A stretch of 64,000 nucleotides of DNA from Candidatus Binatia bacterium (GTDB lineage: Bacteria > Desulfobacterota > Binatia > Bin18). Under the pieces are notes generated by a model that was given only the letters and a program-made list of their open reading frames with translations, did not search any database and was not told the DNA's origin. Made by a program: the position numbers and the translations under genes. The stretch is taken from the NCBI GenBank assembly GCA_963664395.2, contig OY761159.2, positions 3,680,001 to 3,744,000 on the forward strand. Reading direction: 5' to 3'. This document shows positions 61,813 to 64,000 of the stretch, piece by piece (position 1 is the first letter of the stretch; each line of letters starts with the position of its first letter).

Positions 61813-61898
61813 AATGCAACAAATAAGAATGAAGAGTGTTTGAGCATTGGAAAATTTCCCTTACGCTATCCAGGTAAACCTCGAAAGTCAATTCAGAG

Positions 61899-62858
61899 AT
61901 GGACCGTACAATTGTCCTTTTCCCCGGCAGTCTTGGAGACTGCATCTGTTTTTTACCCGCGCTACAGAAAATTGGAAAAAGTCAACGTAATCTCGTTGTC
62001 GCTGGTAGAGAAACGACCCGGGCTCTTCTTGGCGACTTCATGTGTTTCCCTCGAGCCGTCTCGGTGCAGACTGTTTCACTTGATGATGCACGCTTTGCTC
62101 GCCTTTTTGCTCCTGGCTCTCCAATCAGGGATGCTGATCTCGAGCACTTTTTCTTGCACGCCACCTCAGTTTTATCGTGGTTTGGTGCCTCTCTCCCGCA
62201 GGTTAAGAAAAATCTGGAGAAATATGCGCCCGGCCGAGTCACGGTCTTTCCCTTTTTTTTGGGCCAGGTTGAGTCTCATGCGAGCGCCTATTACTTGAAC
62301 TGTCTTGGGGAGAAGGTAAAGGAGAAGCTGCATGGGTCTCTTTCCGTACAACTCAAAGAGCGATGGCTACGATGGGGAGCGGAATATTGGCGACAACGAG
62401 AATGGGAGTCGAAGCATATATTAGTTATCCATCCAGGCAGCGGTGGGCAGAGAAAACGATGGGTATCGGAAGGATTTAGACAAGTAGCCCAGTGGTGGAG
62501 AGACCGCGGAGACCGGGAAGTGCTGATATTGCTCGGGCCTGCCGAATCGGAGGAAGACGCTTACTGGCGTCGCTGTGGCCATGTCGAGACATCTCTTGAG
62601 CTTGCCCAGGCTGCGAGTCTTCTCAGCCGAGCAACCTGTTATATAGGAAACGACTCTGGAGTGAGCCATCTTGCCGGGGCGGTCGGCACACAAGGTGTCG
62701 TCATATTTGGACCGACTCGACCCGAACAATGGGGTCCTCTTGGAGGAGGACTGAAGGTCATCAAAAATTCTCTGTACCGCAAGAAATGGCCGGATCGAGA
62801 AGGGATTTCCCTAGAAGAAGTGACCCCAGAGCAAGTCCTGGAGAGACTCACTACATGA
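61899..62858 (+). CDS. Glycosyltransferase family 9 (heptosyltransferase-like)
   Basis: GSLGD, IHPGSGG..KRW, GNDSGVSHLA and FGPT.P..WGP. Confidence 0.88.
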   Translation: MDRTIVLFPGSLGDCICFLPALQKIGKSQRNLVVAGRETTRALLGDFMCFPRAVSVQTVSLDDARFARLFAPGSPIRDADLEHFFLHATSVLSWFGASLPQVKKNLEKYAPGRVTVFPFFLGQVESHASAYYLNCLGEKVKEKLHGSLSVQLKERWLRWGAEYWRQREWESKHILVIHPGSGGQRKRWVSEGFRQVAQWWRDRGDREVLILLGPAESEEDAYWRRCGHVETSLELAQAASLLSRATCYIGNDSGVSHLAGAVGTQGVVIFGPTRPEQWGPLGGGLKVIKNSLYRKKWPDREGISLEEVTPEQVLERLTT

Positions 62859-62946
62859 TATGGAAGTGCTCGATGAGTGTCAAAGAATATGAGAACACAC
62901 TATAATGTGACATAATGGGCCTGGACAATGATGGAGGGTAACTGCG

Positions 62947-63402
62947 ATGAGCGAAGAAGAACTAGAGCAGAACCAGGGATTCCGGGTTACTGATCGACGA
63001 CACTTCTCTCCAGAATCAGGAGAGTCCCGATCAACGCAGACAGAGGAGGGAACTGCAGATATTGAGCAAGGACAGGTGCCGCCTCAAGCCGAAACGCAGG
63101 AGACAATCTCGCGAGGTCACCCCCATGAGGCAATGTCTGGCCAGATTGAGATTAATTTTTCGAGTTTTATTCTTGGGTTGAGTACGCAAGCGCTCATGTC
63201 TCTTGGAGAAGTTCCAACCGCTCCCGGTCAGGCACCCCAAACCGATATTGCTGCAGCGCAGCAGATGATTGACGTACTTGCCATGTTACAACGGAAAACT
63301 TCCGGCAACCTTGATACAGGCGAAGAACAGATGCTGGAAAGTGTGCTGTACGATTTGCGGATGCGATATGTGAAGCTCAAAAGGGAAGGACGGCCAGTAT
63401 AA
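62947..63402 (+). CDS. DUF1844 family protein
   Basis: GFRVTDRR, FSSFILGL..QALMSLG, IDVL.ML..KT.GNL...E and LYDLRMRYV. Confidence 0.85.
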   Translation: MSEEELEQNQGFRVTDRRHFSPESGESRSTQTEEGTADIEQGQVPPQAETQETISRGHPHEAMSGQIEINFSSFILGLSTQALMSLGEVPTAPGQAPQTDIAAAQQMIDVLAMLQRKTSGNLDTGEEQMLESVLYDLRMRYVKLKREGRPV

Positions 63403-63514
63403 TGGCGCGACACAGCAGTCGATCTTGGCAACTCTTCGCCGTTGTTGGTCTTTTTCCGTTTTCAGCGAGTAAAATCCGTACCCTTTTCCGTGCGATGAAT
63501 GTCTCTGTTCTGTG

Positions 63515-64000
63515 ATGGATATGCAGCGGATATTCTGGAGTCTGACGGGTTGTATTTTCTTGGGGCTGCTTGGAACTGCGAGCGTTCTTGGCTGGCAGTT
63601 TTACCACAAGTTAGAACACGAAGTGGTCAGACGTTTTTCTGACCATCGCTGGGCAGTGCCGTCGAAGGTCTATGCTCGTCCGTTACTTCTCTACCCTGGA
63701 CTCAATATCGAAGAGGTCGCCCTCTTTGATCAGCTGGCCCGCTTGGATTATCGACAGGTTGAAAGTCCTATTCGTGCTCGGGGAGACTATTGGCTCAATG
63801 CCAAAACCGGAGAAGTCCAGATTTTTTTACGGGAATCTACGTATCCCGGACGACAGCGCGCTGCTCGGCGGATTCTGCTGTCCATAGGACAGGGACGGAT
63901 CGAACGCCTGATTGATCTTGATGATCAGACTGAAATCCATGCCATTGAGACGGAGCCGGAAATCATTACTCGCCTCTATGCGCAAGCGTGGGAAGAGCGA
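63515..64000 (+). CDS. mrcB: Penicillin-binding protein 1B, N-terminal part (runs off the window)
   Basis: Hand translation gives a TM helix, then RFSDHRWAVPSKVYARPLLLYPG...LARLDYRQV...GDY (UB2H-type region). Confidence 0.8.
   Translation, partial: MDMQRIFWSLTGCIFLGLLGTASVLGWQFYHKLEHEVVRRFSDHRWAVPSKVYARPLLLYPGLNIEEVALFDQLARLDYRQVESPIRARGDYWLNAKTGEVQIFLRESTYPGRQRAARRILLSIGQGRIERLIDLDDQTEIHAIETEPEIITRLYAQAWEER

Noticed and set aside
63402-63515. ORF starting at ATG 63402 as the mrcB start
   Set aside because: That frame stops after 37 codons; the PBP1B similarity is in the frame starting at 63515 or 63521.

Overview
A bacterial chromosome segment of moderately high GC. The 16S rRNA and gene content look Deltaproteobacteria-like, possibly Ca. 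Binatia/Binatota, but this is unverified. From left to right the window holds: partial thiO, chdC/hemQ, an argB-D-F-G-H-lipoprotein-dapF-dapA-dapB block, aat, an AhpD-like gene with an in-frame UGA in a CxxU motif and a SECIS-like hairpin (probable selenoprotein), fluc/crcB, and an acoA-acoB-acoX-dehydrogenase operon. Next comes a small accessory island: an hsdR stub, a three-gene cassette ending in an NDT/retron-effector-like protein with no reverse transcriptase, a vapBC-type toxin-antitoxin pair and a pseudogenised NCS2 permease. After that are gshA, a four-gene sulfur module (persulfide dioxygenase-rhodanese, 4Fe-4S/NrfD fusion, Mo-oxidoreductase, SulP), a TPMT-like methyltransferase and a PLP lyase, cusCBA with an upstream CxxC leader ORF, and a cluster of a variant PEP-mutase/NTP-transferase fusion, a QW-repeat barrel protein and a Rieske protein. 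The right end has a DnaQ-UvrC fusion, tldD/pmbA, an rRNA operon (16S-Ile-Ala-23S) that terminates without 5S, cysK-larE-Zn ribbon, a GT9, DUF1844 and the start of mrcB. Intergenic regions carry several REP-like hairpin families and 7-16 bp tandem repeats. The best candidates for undescribed systems are the RT-less NDT cassette, the variant-PepM cluster and the sulfur module. All family calls come from motif recognition by eye; no searches were run.
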